Positions 1-9,422 of a DNA stretch of 64,000 nt are shown in pieces (positions within the stretch are counted from its first letter, which is position 1; each line of letters opens with the position of its first letter). The stretch is taken from contig CAVTTL010000001.1 of the NCBI GenBank assembly GCA_963737635.1, positions 2,112,001 to 2,176,000 on the forward strand, read 5' to 3'. The notes below the pieces were generated by a model that had not been told where the DNA came from, ran no database searches, and saw nothing but the letters and a program-made list of their open reading frames with translations. Position numbers and translations under genes: made by a program. This DNA comes from an uncultured Methanoregulaceae archaeon. GTDB lineage: Archaea > Halobacteriota > Methanomicrobia > Methanomicrobiales > Methanospirillaceae.

Positions 1-1699
1 GTACGAGTTCGTTAATAGTGCCGACCGGCTCATGACGCCGCTCATCAAGAAGGGCGACACGTTCGAGGCGGCAAGCTGGGAAGACGCCTATAAGGCGATT
101 GCTGATGCCTTCAAGTCCGCAAAGGGCGACGCTATCGGAGTCGTCGCTTCCGCCCGGAACAGCAACGAGGACTCCTTTGTCCTGAAAAACTTCGCGGCAA
201 ACGTGCTCAAGACCGCAAACATCGATTACTGCGGCCGCCGGTGCAACGCCGATGCGGTCAAGGGCCTTGCAGATGCCTTTGGCAGCGGCGCGACCACCAA
301 CTCACTTGCCGACTTGGGCGAAGCTAGGGCCATCCTCATCGTGGGCGCAAACCCCCTCGAGGAGAACCCGCTTGCCGGGCGCAGGGTCATCCTTGCCAAG
401 CTCAACGGCGCAAAGATCATCGTCGCTGACGCCCGGAACACCGCTACCGCGAAGATCGCCGACATCCACATTGCCTGCAACCCGGGCACCGGTGTGGCGC
501 TCGTCAACGGCATCATTACCGCCATCATCAAGGCCGGAAAAGAGAACAAGGACTACATCGCCAAGCATACCAAGGACTTCGAGAAGGCAAAGGCCGCAGC
601 GGCAGCATGCACACCTGAGGCAGTCGCAAAGACAGCCGGCATCAGTGCCGATGTAGTCACAAAGGCAGCCGAGATCTTTGCCGCAGCAGAGTCCGCAGCA
701 GTCGTCACGTCTGCGGGCGCAGGTTCGGGCGACCTGATCCGGGCCCTGGCAAACCTCCAGCTGGTCACCGGCAATGTCGGAAAGGCCGGCGCAGGTGTCA
801 ACCTCCTCCGTGGCAAGAGCAACGCCCAGGGAGCAGCCGATGTCGGCGCAGTCCCCGGCGATGGCGGCCTCACGGTCCCGGCCATGATCGAAGCGGCAGC
901 AACCGGTAAGATCAAGGCACTGTACGTAGTCGGCGAAAACATCGCCTCCGCGGGCGCCCACGTTGCTGATGCACTGGGTAAGCTTGACTTCCTGGTTGTT
1001 CAGGATCTCTTCATGACCGAGACTGCAGCAAAGGCAAACGTCGTCCTGCCCTCGGCCTCCTTTGCAGAGCGCGACGGAACAGTCACCAACGCTGAACGCC
1101 GCGTCCAGCGGATCAGAAAGGCCATCGAGCCCATCGGTTCCTCTAAGGCAGACTGGCAGATCATCAGCGAGATTGCAAAGGCAATGGGCCACGAGAAGGA
1201 CTTTGCATTCAAGGACGCAGAAGCCATCTTCAACGAGATCGCAAAGGCCGTTCCCGCGTACGCAGGAATCACCTACGCGAAACTCGAGAAGCCCGAAGCC
1301 ATCCAGTGGCCGGCAGCCGGCGGCGTGTTTGGCACGGCAATCCTGTACACGGACAAGTTCGGTACAAAGGACGGAAAAGCCTCATTTGCCGAGGTCGAGT
1401 ACAAGGCCGTCGAGGCAGCAGGCGGGGAGTTCCCGTTCGCGGTCGCCGCACGGTGGCCCATGGGTACTCTCTCGACCAACTCCTCCTCTATCATGCGCGA
1501 ATGGCCGGAGCCAAAAGTCGAGATCAACGCCGAGGATGCAAAGGAGCTGGGAATCGCGAACGGTGCGACTGTCAAGGTCACCGGAAAAGCCGGCTCTATC
1601 GAGATTACCGCCGAAGTGTCCAAGGATATCAAGAAAGGTGTCGTCTCGATGGCAGCGGCAGTCGGTGCGGCTGTGAAGATTGAGAAAGGAGGGAACTAA
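1..1699 (+). CDS. fdhA: Formate dehydrogenase alpha subunit-like protein (molybdopterin oxidoreductase fold), 5'-truncated by window edge, degenerate active site
   Basis: Frame is open from position 2 (YEFVNSADRLMTPL); FdhA-like motifs IDYCGRRC, GSGATTNS, LRGKSNAQG, LDFLVVQDLFMTETA, GTVTNAERRVQR; directly upstream of fdhB. Confidence 0.8.
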   Translation, partial: YEFVNSADRLMTPLIKKGDTFEAASWEDAYKAIADAFKSAKGDAIGVVASARNSNEDSFVLKNFAANVLKTANIDYCGRRCNADAVKGLADAFGSGATTNSLADLGEARAILIVGANPLEENPLAGRRVILAKLNGAKIIVADARNTATAKIADIHIACNPGTGVALVNGIITAIIKAGKENKDYIAKHTKDFEKAKAAAAACTPEAVAKTAGISADVVTKAAEIFAAAESAAVVTSAGAGSGDLIRALANLQLVTGNVGKAGAGVNLLRGKSNAQGAADVGAVPGDGGLTVPAMIEAAATGKIKALYVVGENIASAGAHVADALGKLDFLVVQDLFMTETAAKANVVLPSASFAERDGTVTNAERRVQRIRKAIEPIGSSKADWQIISEIAKAMGHEKDFAFKDAEAIFNEIAKAVPAYAGITYAKLEKPEAIQWPAAGGVFGTAILYTDKFGTKDGKASFAEVEYKAVEAAGGEFPFAVAARWPMGTLSTNSSSIMREWPEPKVEINAEDAKELGIANGATVKVTGKAGSIEITAEVSKDIKKGVVSMAAAVGAAVKIEKGGN

Positions 1700-1701
1700 C
1701 C

Positions 1702-2955
1702 ATGACAAAGAAAGGCGACATGCTCTACGCGTGGACCAACGACGCAGAGATCCAGAAGAAAGCCGAACTGGGTGGTGCGGTTACCTCGCTCTGGAAACAC
1801 GCACTCGAGACCAAGACCATCGACGCGGTCCTTGTCATCTCCAAAGGCAAGGACCTTTACGATGCCAAGCCCACGCTCGTGACCGACCCGGCACAGCTGG
1901 CAACCACCGCCGGTTCACTCCACTGCGGTACGCTCCTGCTGCCAAAGCTCATCAAGAAGTACTTTGACGGCGCGGCAACGACCAAGATCGGGGTCACCGT
2001 CAAGGGTTGCGACGCGATGGCGTTCTACGAACTGGCCAAGAGAAAGCAGATCAACCTTGACAATATCTTCATGATCGGTGTCAACTGCGGTGGATCGGTC
2101 AGCCCGGTCCTCGCCCGCAGGATGATCGCCGACAAGTACGGCGTCGACCCGGACACGGTCCACAAGGAAGAGATCGACAAGGGTCAGTTCATTATCGAGT
2201 ACGAAGGCGGCCACAAGGGTATTACCGTCGACGAGCTCGAAGAGCACGGCTACGGACGCCGGTCCAACTGCCGCCGCTGCAAGATGAAGGTGCCCCGGCA
2301 GGCAGATCTCGCCTGCGGTAACTGGGGTGTTATCGGCCCCCGTGCAGGAAAGGCAACGTTTGTCGAAGTATGCAGCGAGAAGGGCGCAAACCTTCTTGAC
2401 AGCGCGGTCAAGAAGGGCATCCTTGCGACTGAGGCAGCAAACCCCAAGGGTCTTGAGATCCGCGGGAAAGTCGAGGGTGCGATGCTCAAGCTCGGCGAGA
2501 AGTGGCGCGGCAAGGACTTCACCGGTCTTGGCGAAGGAAAAGAACGCCTCAAGAAGATCATGACCGATACCGCACGGTGCATCAAGTGCTACTCGTGTAT
2601 CTCCGCCTGCCCCATCTGCTACTGTGTCGACTGCACGACAAAGAACCCGGTCTACGTGAAACCCGGCGAGATCCCACCAGACTTCATGTTCCACCTGATC
2701 CGGTTTGCGCACATCGCAGACTCCTGTGTGAACTGCGGCCAGTGCCAGGAACTCTGCCCCGCAGAGATCCCCAACGCCCTCTTCATGCATGCCCAGCAGG
2801 TCGAGCTCGAAAAGATGTTCGGCCATGTCCCGGGTGTCAACATGGAACTGCCGCTGATGGCGTTTGTCGAGGAAAGGGAAGAGCGTTCACGTCTCTCGAA
2901 CACCGGAAGCGACATGATCTACGAGAACGTGTTCAGCCCGGTACCAAAGAAATAA
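1702..2955 (+). CDS. fdhB: F420-dependent formate dehydrogenase beta subunit (FrhB/FdhB family, C-terminal 2x[4Fe-4S])
   Basis: GGAVTSL, AGSLHCG, KGCD, GVNCGG, ADLACGNWG motifs; CIKCYSCISACP and CVNCGQCQELCP ferredoxin motifs; GGAGG SD upstream. Confidence 0.93.
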   Translation: MTKKGDMLYAWTNDAEIQKKAELGGAVTSLWKHALETKTIDAVLVISKGKDLYDAKPTLVTDPAQLATTAGSLHCGTLLLPKLIKKYFDGAATTKIGVTVKGCDAMAFYELAKRKQINLDNIFMIGVNCGGSVSPVLARRMIADKYGVDPDTVHKEEIDKGQFIIEYEGGHKGITVDELEEHGYGRRSNCRRCKMKVPRQADLACGNWGVIGPRAGKATFVEVCSEKGANLLDSAVKKGILATEAANPKGLEIRGKVEGAMLKLGEKWRGKDFTGLGEGKERLKKIMTDTARCIKCYSCISACPICYCVDCTTKNPVYVKPGEIPPDFMFHLIRFAHIADSCVNCGQCQELCPAEIPNALFMHAQQVELEKMFGHVPGVNMELPLMAFVEEREERSRLSNTGSDMIYENVFSPVPKK

Positions 2956-2969
2956 CTCTTTTTTTTATC
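2956..2969 (+). terminator. Oligo-T archaeal terminator after fdhB
   Basis: CTCTTTTTTTTAT immediately after the stop codon, between convergent genes. Confidence 0.55.
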
Positions 2970-3003
2970 GTTCCCGGTTTTTGCCGGATTTTGTTAAGAG
3001 ATC

Positions 3004-4041
3004 TCACCATGCGGGGTTATTACTGACACCGTGTAATTTCCGGAACAGCCGCACCCGTGCCCGGGTTGCATTCGCGGGTTCCGGCACCGACTCATTGCTC
3101 CGCCTGCCACCTACAGCCTCGATGATAGCATTGATGGCCGCGGAGTGGGACGGCCCGTACCCGCCTTCCAGAATAAAGGCGGGAACGAGGTCAGTTGCAT
3201 CCAGCAGCATGGCAGTGAGCGTACCGTAGTCTTCCGGCTGCAGTCCCATAACACTGAGCGGATCGTCTGAAAGCATATCCTGCCCGGCTGATACCATCAG
3301 AAGGTCTGGATGCACCCGTTCGATCACCGGGAGGAAGAGATCGGAGAAAACATGCGCGACGTCCCCGATGGTGCTCCCGGAAAGCAGTGGGGCATTGACC
3401 GTGTACCCTGCGCTGGCACCGACACCGGTCACGGTGGCCGCCCCGGATCGGGGGAACAGGCCTTCCGCATGGACAGAGCAGTACAGCACCCGGTCGCTTT
3501 TTTTGAAGGTCTCTTCGGTCCCGTTCCCGTGATGCAGGTCCCAGTCGACAATCGCAATGCGATTCACGGAACCGAGTGCCTGTGCCGCAGCGACCGCAAC
3601 ATTATTGATCAGACAAAACCCCATCGCCCACCCGGGCAGGGCATGATGCCCCGGAGGCCGGACAAGCGCAAAACAACTCTCCCCTTCCCGCGCTCGTTCC
3701 ACCGCCATACATGCCGCGCCTGCTGCATAGGTGGCGACCCCATACGACCACGGAGTGACGTACGTATCCGCATCGATAAACCACGGTGAAGGCGGGTCCC
3801 TCGCGATCTCTGTATCCACAGCGACGGGGTGGGGGCTCAGGCCGCGCAGCCATGCGAGGTAGCCGGGAAGGTGGACGCGCACCAGATCTTCTTCTTGTGC
3901 AGCCACAGGATCGAGAACAGGGATGCCAGCCGGTAGTCCTGCGACAACCGCACGAAGGCGGTCAGCATTTTCGGGATGGCCCGGGCAGTCATGAAGCCCA
4001 AAGACTGGCCCGGTAATGACTGAGCATTTCGTAATGCACAA
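3004..4041 (-). CDS. Histone deacetylase family amidohydrolase
   Basis: HPENADRL, RPPGHHA, GFC..NN, DWDLHHGNGT, SAGQD...DPL and LEGGY motifs. Confidence 0.92.
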   Translation of the reverse strand: MCITKCSVITGPVFGLHDCPGHPENADRLRAVVAGLPAGIPVLDPVAAQEEDLVRVHLPGYLAWLRGLSPHPVAVDTEIARDPPSPWFIDADTYVTPWSYGVATYAAGAACMAVERAREGESCFALVRPPGHHALPGWAMGFCLINNVAVAAAQALGSVNRIAIVDWDLHHGNGTEETFKKSDRVLYCSVHAEGLFPRSGAATVTGVGASAGYTVNAPLLSGSTIGDVAHVFSDLFLPVIERVHPDLLMVSAGQDMLSDDPLSVMGLQPEDYGTLTAMLLDATDLVPAFILEGGYGPSHSAAINAIIEAVGGRRSNESVPEPANATRARVRLFRKLHGVSNNPAW

Positions 4042-4147
4042 CCGGCCCCGGATCGGACAAGAAGATGATCGGCCGGTACTCCAGATGAATGTTATGATCG
4101 ACCCTAATTTCGATCACCCGCGGATGGGTTCAAAACAGTGCCCGGAT

Positions 4148-4486
4148 CTATTCTTTGGTTTTCCGGATCATCTGTACCTTCTGGAGCGTGACTTGTCCGT
4201 GCTCGACGAATTGTTCGATCTCCGGGAGAACAGCAAGGATCTTCTCTTCTTCATCAACGACTTCGATGGTTACCGGAAGATCAAGAGAGAGGCGGACCAC
4301 ATCGACGGTATGGATGACGCTCTCGTGGCCGAACCCCTCCATGCCCCGCAAGACAGTGCACCCGGGAAACCCTTTCTCCTTGAAATAGTCCACCAGGTAC
4401 TTGTACGCCGGCCGGTCGTTGATCTTTGCCGATTCCGCGATATAGATCTTGAGTAATAATCCGTCCATAAGCATGCTCCATTTCAC
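4148..4486 (-). CDS. DUF190 family PII-like protein (CrcB-associated)
   Basis: LKIYIAE...GCTVLRGMEGFG...LSLDLPVTIEVVD signature; follows two crcB genes. Start may be a downstream Met. Confidence 0.85.
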   Translation of the reverse strand: MKWSMLMDGLLLKIYIAESAKINDRPAYKYLVDYFKEKGFPGCTVLRGMEGFGHESVIHTVDVVRLSLDLPVTIEVVDEEEKILAVLPEIEQFVEHGQVTLQKVQMIRKTKE

Positions 4487-4495
4487 CCCGGTCTT

Positions 4496-4855
4496 TTATA
4501 AGAAAGCCCACCCGGCACAGGCCAGGTACCCCGCAGCCACGGCGAGCAGGCCGCCTCCGACACTGATCGCAGTATATGTCGCAAGGGTGCGATAATCATG
4601 ATCCTCCATCATCCTGAACGTCTCGTACGAGAAGGTCGAAAACGTCGTAAACCCGCCAAGGCCGCCCGTCCCGATAAGGTAATACAGGTCACCCTGCACC
4701 TGCGAAAAGACCAGCAGGGAAAAACAAAAGCTTCCTGCGATGTTAACAAGCAGCGTCCCGGTTGGTATCCCCCGGAACGGCTGGATGCGCGAAAAGACAA
4801 AGCGCAGGAGTGACCCAGCTGCACCGCCTACTCCAACAAGGAGAAGGGGGTCCAT
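4496..4855 (-). CDS. crcB: Fluoride efflux channel CrcB/Fluc (second copy)
   Basis: Starts at MDPLLLVGVGGAAGSLLRF; GTLLVNIAGSF and GGLGGFTTFSTF motifs. Confidence 0.92.
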   Translation of the reverse strand: MDPLLLVGVGGAAGSLLRFVFSRIQPFRGIPTGTLLVNIAGSFCFSLLVFSQVQGDLYYLIGTGGLGGFTTFSTFSYETFRMMEDHDYRTLATYTAISVGGGLLAVAAGYLACAGWAFL

Positions 4856-4856
4856 T

Positions 4857-5231
4857 TTAGGCAAACCTCCCGTAAAGGATAACCATTCTCCCGCACCACA
4901 TCGCAATAAAGCCAAGGACGAGGGTAGCCGCAAGGTTTGCCACCCCGATGACCGGGCCCGCCGCAAAAGACTGGACCCCAAGAGCAGAAAAGGTGGTAAA
5001 CGATCCGATGATCCCGACCGCACAGAACTGCCGCGTGGTCCGGGAAAACCGGCCCAGGTACATCGATTCGTACATGAAGATGCCCAGGAAAAAGCACCCG
5101 ACCGTGTTGACGATCAGGGTCCCGGCGAGCGGGAGAACAACCGCAGCATCGACAAGGTACCGGAGCACGGCGCCGATAAACCCGCCGGTCGCTACCGCGA
5201 TAAAGGGGATGCACGCGTCCCGGTCTATCAT
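4857..5231 (-). CDS. crcB: Fluoride efflux channel CrcB/Fluc (first copy)
   Basis: GGFIGAVLRY, GTLIVNTVGCF and GIIGSFTTFS motifs; paired crcB arrangement. Confidence 0.9.
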   Translation of the reverse strand: MIDRDACIPFIAVATGGFIGAVLRYLVDAAVVLPLAGTLIVNTVGCFFLGIFMYESMYLGRFSRTTRQFCAVGIIGSFTTFSALGVQSFAAGPVIGVANLAATLVLGFIAMWCGRMVILYGRFA

Positions 5232-5376
5232 ACAGACACCGCCCTCCTTACCAGATAGCATTTCCCCGGGATTATCTGGACAGCAGGTCTGCACTTCTCC
5301 GCCGCTGAAGATAAGAAAGCCTTACCCAGGCTGAAAAACGACACCGATCATCATCCCCCAAACGTCTGCTACCCTG

Positions 5377-5430
5377 GTAGAAGTCATCAGTCACTGGTAA
5401 CAGTGGCGGTTGGAGGCGGACTTCATCGCC
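5377..5430 (-). ncRNA. Fluoride (crcB) riboswitch aptamer
   Basis: Minus strand GGCGATGAAGTCCGCC-TCCAACCGC-CACTG TTAC CAGTG-ACTGATGACTTCTAC fits the crcB motif (P1 GGCG/CGCC, GAAGT/ACTTC pseudoknot, terminal CTAC); about 145 nt upstream of crcB. Confidence 0.92.
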
Positions 5431-5566
5431 GGTATAGGATTCTTGTGTTTTCAAGATAGTTGAAGCTAGCGAAAAGGAACGTTTCTGGAATATTCGTACC
5501 CTGGAACGAAATTATTTATAAATAAGAGGAATATTTTTGTAACAGGATTGACCTTATGGTGATACG

Positions 5567-6094
5567 GTGACGCAATCCGGCAGGAAATACCGGTTTTCAT
5601 GGAATCTCCTCGGTGACATCGGCACCGGGAGGCCCAATCTCGGCCCGGAGACGGGTGTCGAAGTGTACCGCCTGATGGAGTATACCTTCCGCGACGTGCT
5701 GGAACAGGCATTCGGCACCGAAAAGACCGATGAGATCTTTTACCGGGCCGGTTTCCTTGCCGGGACCGAATTTTACCGGAATCTTATCGGAAAGCCGGAG
5801 GATTTCGACACATTTATCAAAAAACTCCATTACCTGCTCGCCGGGATGAAGATCGCCATTCTCAGGATCGAAAAAGAAGATCCGGAGAAGGGTTCGTATG
5901 TTATGACAGTCTCCGAAGACCTCGATTGTTCGGGACTTCCCAAGACCGGCTGTGGCATCTGCATCTATGACGAGGGTTTTATCGCCGGTGTCATGGAATC
6001 GTATACCGGCGTGCCATTTGTGGTAAAGGAGATCGACTGCTGGTGTACGGGTGACCGGACCTGCCGTTTTTCCGTTACGAGGGTTCCGCCCTGA
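5567..6094 (+). CDS. V4R (4-vinyl reductase) domain protein
   Basis: GRPNLG..VEVYRLM, EDLDCSGLP, C.YDEGFIAG and EIDCWCTGDRTCRF motifs. Confidence 0.88.
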   Translation: MTQSGRKYRFSWNLLGDIGTGRPNLGPETGVEVYRLMEYTFRDVLEQAFGTEKTDEIFYRAGFLAGTEFYRNLIGKPEDFDTFIKKLHYLLAGMKIAILRIEKEDPEKGSYVMTVSEDLDCSGLPKTGCGICIYDEGFIAGVMESYTGVPFVVKEIDCWCTGDRTCRFSVTRVPP

Positions 6095-6324
6095 TACCGG
6101 GTTTACCTGTCTCGTAACCGATCAAAGCTGGCAGACAAGAAGAGAAAACCCCGGCTGATCCCCGGTTACGAGCGTGAGGTCATTGGATTCCGCTGTCGCA
6201 AGAATGAGAAGGTTCTGGTTGCAAGCGACGTGCAGTAATGACCCGACCGGCATACCTGTCTGTGCATTCACGTCTGTGATCGCGGACGAAAAAATGGGTT
6301 GAATGTATGGCGAGTAGGGACAGG

Positions 6325-6564
6325 TTATTTTGGGACAGATGCGGACGGAGTTTTCACACCGGCTCCTGCCTTTAGATGGTCCCTCCGGTACTCGAGCTTG
6401 TGCGACTCATGTATTAATTTTTTCACCCCTTTTGTCTGAGGGGAAATCACTTTCGGTGTAACCGTAGACGGGTGCGCAATCGTGCCAGACCCGGATTTCC
6501 CGGGGGCGGTTTCCTGCGTTTTTGTATCGGTGACCTTTGTATCGTGTGTCTTTGTATTCTGCAT
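6325..6564 (-). CDS. Small hypothetical protein (Thr/Lys-rich)
   Basis: 79-aa ORF with AAGGAG SD upstream; no recognisable domain. Confidence 0.55.
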   Translation of the reverse strand: MQNTKTHDTKVTDTKTQETAPGKSGSGTIAHPSTVTPKVISPQTKGVKKLIHESHKLEYRRDHLKAGAGVKTPSASVPK

Positions 6565-6887
6565 AATTGTTCAACTCCTTTCATAACTCAAAAGCTGATA
6601 TGATGATTTTCATGAGGCTTTCGGGAAATCGTCCTGATAACCCGTTGTGTGTTATTTCATACCAAACCGGGTGAATACATGGCTTGTATACATAGATACC
6701 TGCCTGTTGGTTGCAGGATCTGCTTTTCATTCTCTTTTTTTAGCTCTATTCTTCCGTCGAAGATACGTAGGTGGGGGTATACGGTAGTACACAGGACCGC
6801 ATACGGCATAATAGAGAAGGCATATATCATCACCCTGACAAGAGACCACGTTAAGTCTGATGAATACACCACATAAGGAGATCGTAT

Positions 6888-7106
6888 ATGAGTGCATACC
6901 ATTTTTGTACCGGTTGTGAATACATCAAAATCAGGACGGTCCCGGGACCTGACACCTCGACGGCAAGCAGATGGTCATGCCCGGCCCGGTTCAACCCGAG
7001 GGAAGGGAAATGGCCTTCAACGGACGGGGCGAATCCGCACGAATGTCCACGGAATGAGCAATTTATGTCTCTTCAGAAACAGAGTGGCGACCGCAAACTC
7101 CGGTGA
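6888..7106 (+). CDS. Small Cys-containing hypothetical protein, possible zinc binder
   Basis: AGGAG SD; CTGC...CP...CP pattern in 72 aa. Confidence 0.6.
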   Translation: MSAYHFCTGCEYIKIRTVPGPDTSTASRWSCPARFNPREGKWPSTDGANPHECPRNEQFMSLQKQSGDRKLR

Positions 7107-7796
7107 AACCCCTGTCTTTTCTGATATTGAAAATGAAGTCGTCGTGACCTATCAACGCTGACTATTTAAAAGTCCCGACAACGCATCAGCACCGCTCCGT
7201 TTACCTGAGCATTAGATTTAACGCCTCTCTCGTTTCACGTGAGTATATGCTTGAGGAGTTCTGCGAAGAAACCCATTGCGATCAATACACCCCTTCCACG
7301 GGAGGATCTTTCGCAAAGTGCCTGATGATGCAGACGAGAATTGTCCCGGGTTTCTTATTGTCCTCTCGGGAATGACAAAATTGTTCTCCCGAGTGCAAAA
7401 AAATGAAGGGGCCTTCATGCTGCTTCTCGGATTGAACCCGTCGTGATCCTACATATACCGTCATGAGACCTTCAGTATGGTCCGCTGTTGGCGAATATAA
7501 GGACTAATCGTGATTGTGGTCCTGATCGAAGAGAACTCCTGTTTTGACGCTCATTTCCGGTCCGGACCTGCACGATATGGAGCGATGTCGGGTATGTCCG
7601 GAATTTGAGGGAACGAAATCTGTTACCTCGTGCAGGATCCTCTCTTCAAGATATCTCCCTGGTGCAGATACCTGCGGACGCCAGCGACAGGCTGGGGAAG
7701 CCTGATGGAGCCTGGGGAGTTCACGGGCACCAGCTGACGTTGGTGGTGTCTTAAGCTGAATCTTACGGAGTATGTCCGGTAGGGTTCCCCACAGTC

Positions 7797-9422
7797 TCAG
7801 GAGAACCCGGCCGAGAGACCGTCCCGGATATCCTGCTTCTTCTCCGCGTTGAGCCGGGAAAGATATTCTTCGAATTTGTAAATCCGGGTGCTGACCGGGA
7901 AAGGGATCGTGAGCGTGCTGATGATCGCCTCGCCCCGGTCAAGCGTCTGGATCTCCACTTCCATCTGGGACAGGTCCTGTTTTGCGCTCCCCATCACGAT
8001 ATCGCGATCGCCGCGGTCGCCAAGGCCCATGATGACAAAGGTGTTGATCTGGGCGAGCACTTTGGGGTCGACGTTTTTGGGTTGCTGGGTGATGACGCAG
8101 AGGCCGACACCAAACTTGCGGCCCTCCATGGCGCATTCACGGAAGACCTGGGTCGACGAGCCCCCGCTTGCAAGCACCCTTTGAGCCTCGTCGATGGCGA
8201 TCAGGATCTGTTTCTGCTCGGGCTCGGTATCCTCGACACCGAACTTCTCCGCGGTCTCCCGGTGATCCCGGAGGATGCGCCGGGTGATCATCGAGAGGAT
8301 GAACAGTTCGCTTCGTTCGCTCATCCGGGGAATATCGATGAGAACGACCTTGTGATCGTGCAGAGCGTTAAGGATCTCCTGGATGGCGGATCCTTTGGTG
8401 CGGAAGAACCGTTCGTTACCGTTGACGATAATCCGGATTTTCCGCTGGATGGACCCGAGCGTTGACGGGTGGAACGCCCTGAGCCGGTCTGCGATCTCCG
8501 GGTAGATCCCCCGGTAACTGCCGTCCTTGACCCGGTCCGGCAGGCTTTCAATATCCTGCTCGGCGAGGAAGAAGGCGATAGTCTTGCTGCCGGCAAACTC
8601 TTCCAGGGTCTCGACGACTTCCCATTGGGCAGGCGATAATTCGTAGAGAAGACCCAGATCGGCCATCCGGAAATCATCGTACTCGAGCCAGAGCTGGTGT
8701 GCGCCGTACTTTTTCTGGTTGTTCCTGTCGATACTGAAGATGGCTAACCCATCTTTTCCTGACGAGTAATGTGGCAGTCCTTTGCTTGTCTCGCCGGTAC
8801 TGGATTTTCCTCCCCGGACATATTCACCGTGGGGATCGACGATGAGAAGGCCGAACTGCCTGATCTTCATGCAGGACGCACAAAACACCCGCATGAAGTT
8901 GCTTTTTCCCATTCCTGTGGTGGCAAAAACGCCCATATGCTGGGGGAGAACAGCGCTTGGGATCTTGACCGGCACCCCTTTGAGATCTGCTTGGCCGGTC
9001 CGGATGACGCCGACCTCGATATCACCCATCAGCTTGGCCAGAAAGCCAAAGTCTTCGGCGGCCGGAATGCTGACCCGGGAGAATTTCACCGGGACCGTCC
9101 GGGGTTTCCGGAATATGTTTGTCTCATCGATAAACCCGAGCGGGACCGCTTCGACCCCGATAAAGACATCCTCGCCAAGCCCGTAGAACTGTTCGCTGTA
9201 CGGTCTCGTGTCCCAGTTCTGGTCGGCAAAATTGCTCTCGTGGAGGAGATCGGTGACCTTGGCAAAGAACGTGTACTTCTTCTTATCGTCTTCGATCTTG
9301 ATGATGTCCCCGACAAAGATGCCTGCGTCGTGGGGGACGATGAAACGGTATGCGAGAACGCTTTTACCGATGAGCCGGAATTTGGTCTTGTCTTTGTTAT
9401 CAATATCGTTCAAATTCATCAT
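7797..9422 (-). CDS. herA: HerA-type DNA translocase/helicase ATPase
   Basis: N-terminal HAS-barrel-like region, Walker A ATTGMGKS, DPHGEY, Walker B IAIDEAQ, EGRKFGVGL..ITQQP; last gene of the mre11-rad50-nurA operon. Confidence 0.92.
   Translation of the reverse strand: MMNLNDIDNKDKTKFRLIGKSVLAYRFIVPHDAGIFVGDIIKIEDDKKKYTFFAKVTDLLHESNFADQNWDTRPYSEQFYGLGEDVFIGVEAVPLGFIDETNIFRKPRTVPVKFSRVSIPAAEDFGFLAKLMGDIEVGVIRTGQADLKGVPVKIPSAVLPQHMGVFATTGMGKSNFMRVFCASCMKIRQFGLLIVDPHGEYVRGGKSSTGETSKGLPHYSSGKDGLAIFSIDRNNQKKYGAHQLWLEYDDFRMADLGLLYELSPAQWEVVETLEEFAGSKTIAFFLAEQDIESLPDRVKDGSYRGIYPEIADRLRAFHPSTLGSIQRKIRIIVNGNERFFRTKGSAIQEILNALHDHKVVLIDIPRMSERSELFILSMITRRILRDHRETAEKFGVEDTEPEQKQILIAIDEAQRVLASGGSSTQVFRECAMEGRKFGVGLCVITQQPKNVDPKVLAQINTFVIMGLGDRGDRDIVMGSAKQDLSQMEVEIQTLDRGEAIISTLTIPFPVSTRIYKFEEYLSRLNAEKKQDIRDGLSAGFS

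Noticed and set aside
6600-6637. C/D-box sRNA (ATGATGA...CTGA)
   Set aside because: Too short, no internal C'/D' boxes, and it lies in a promoter region.
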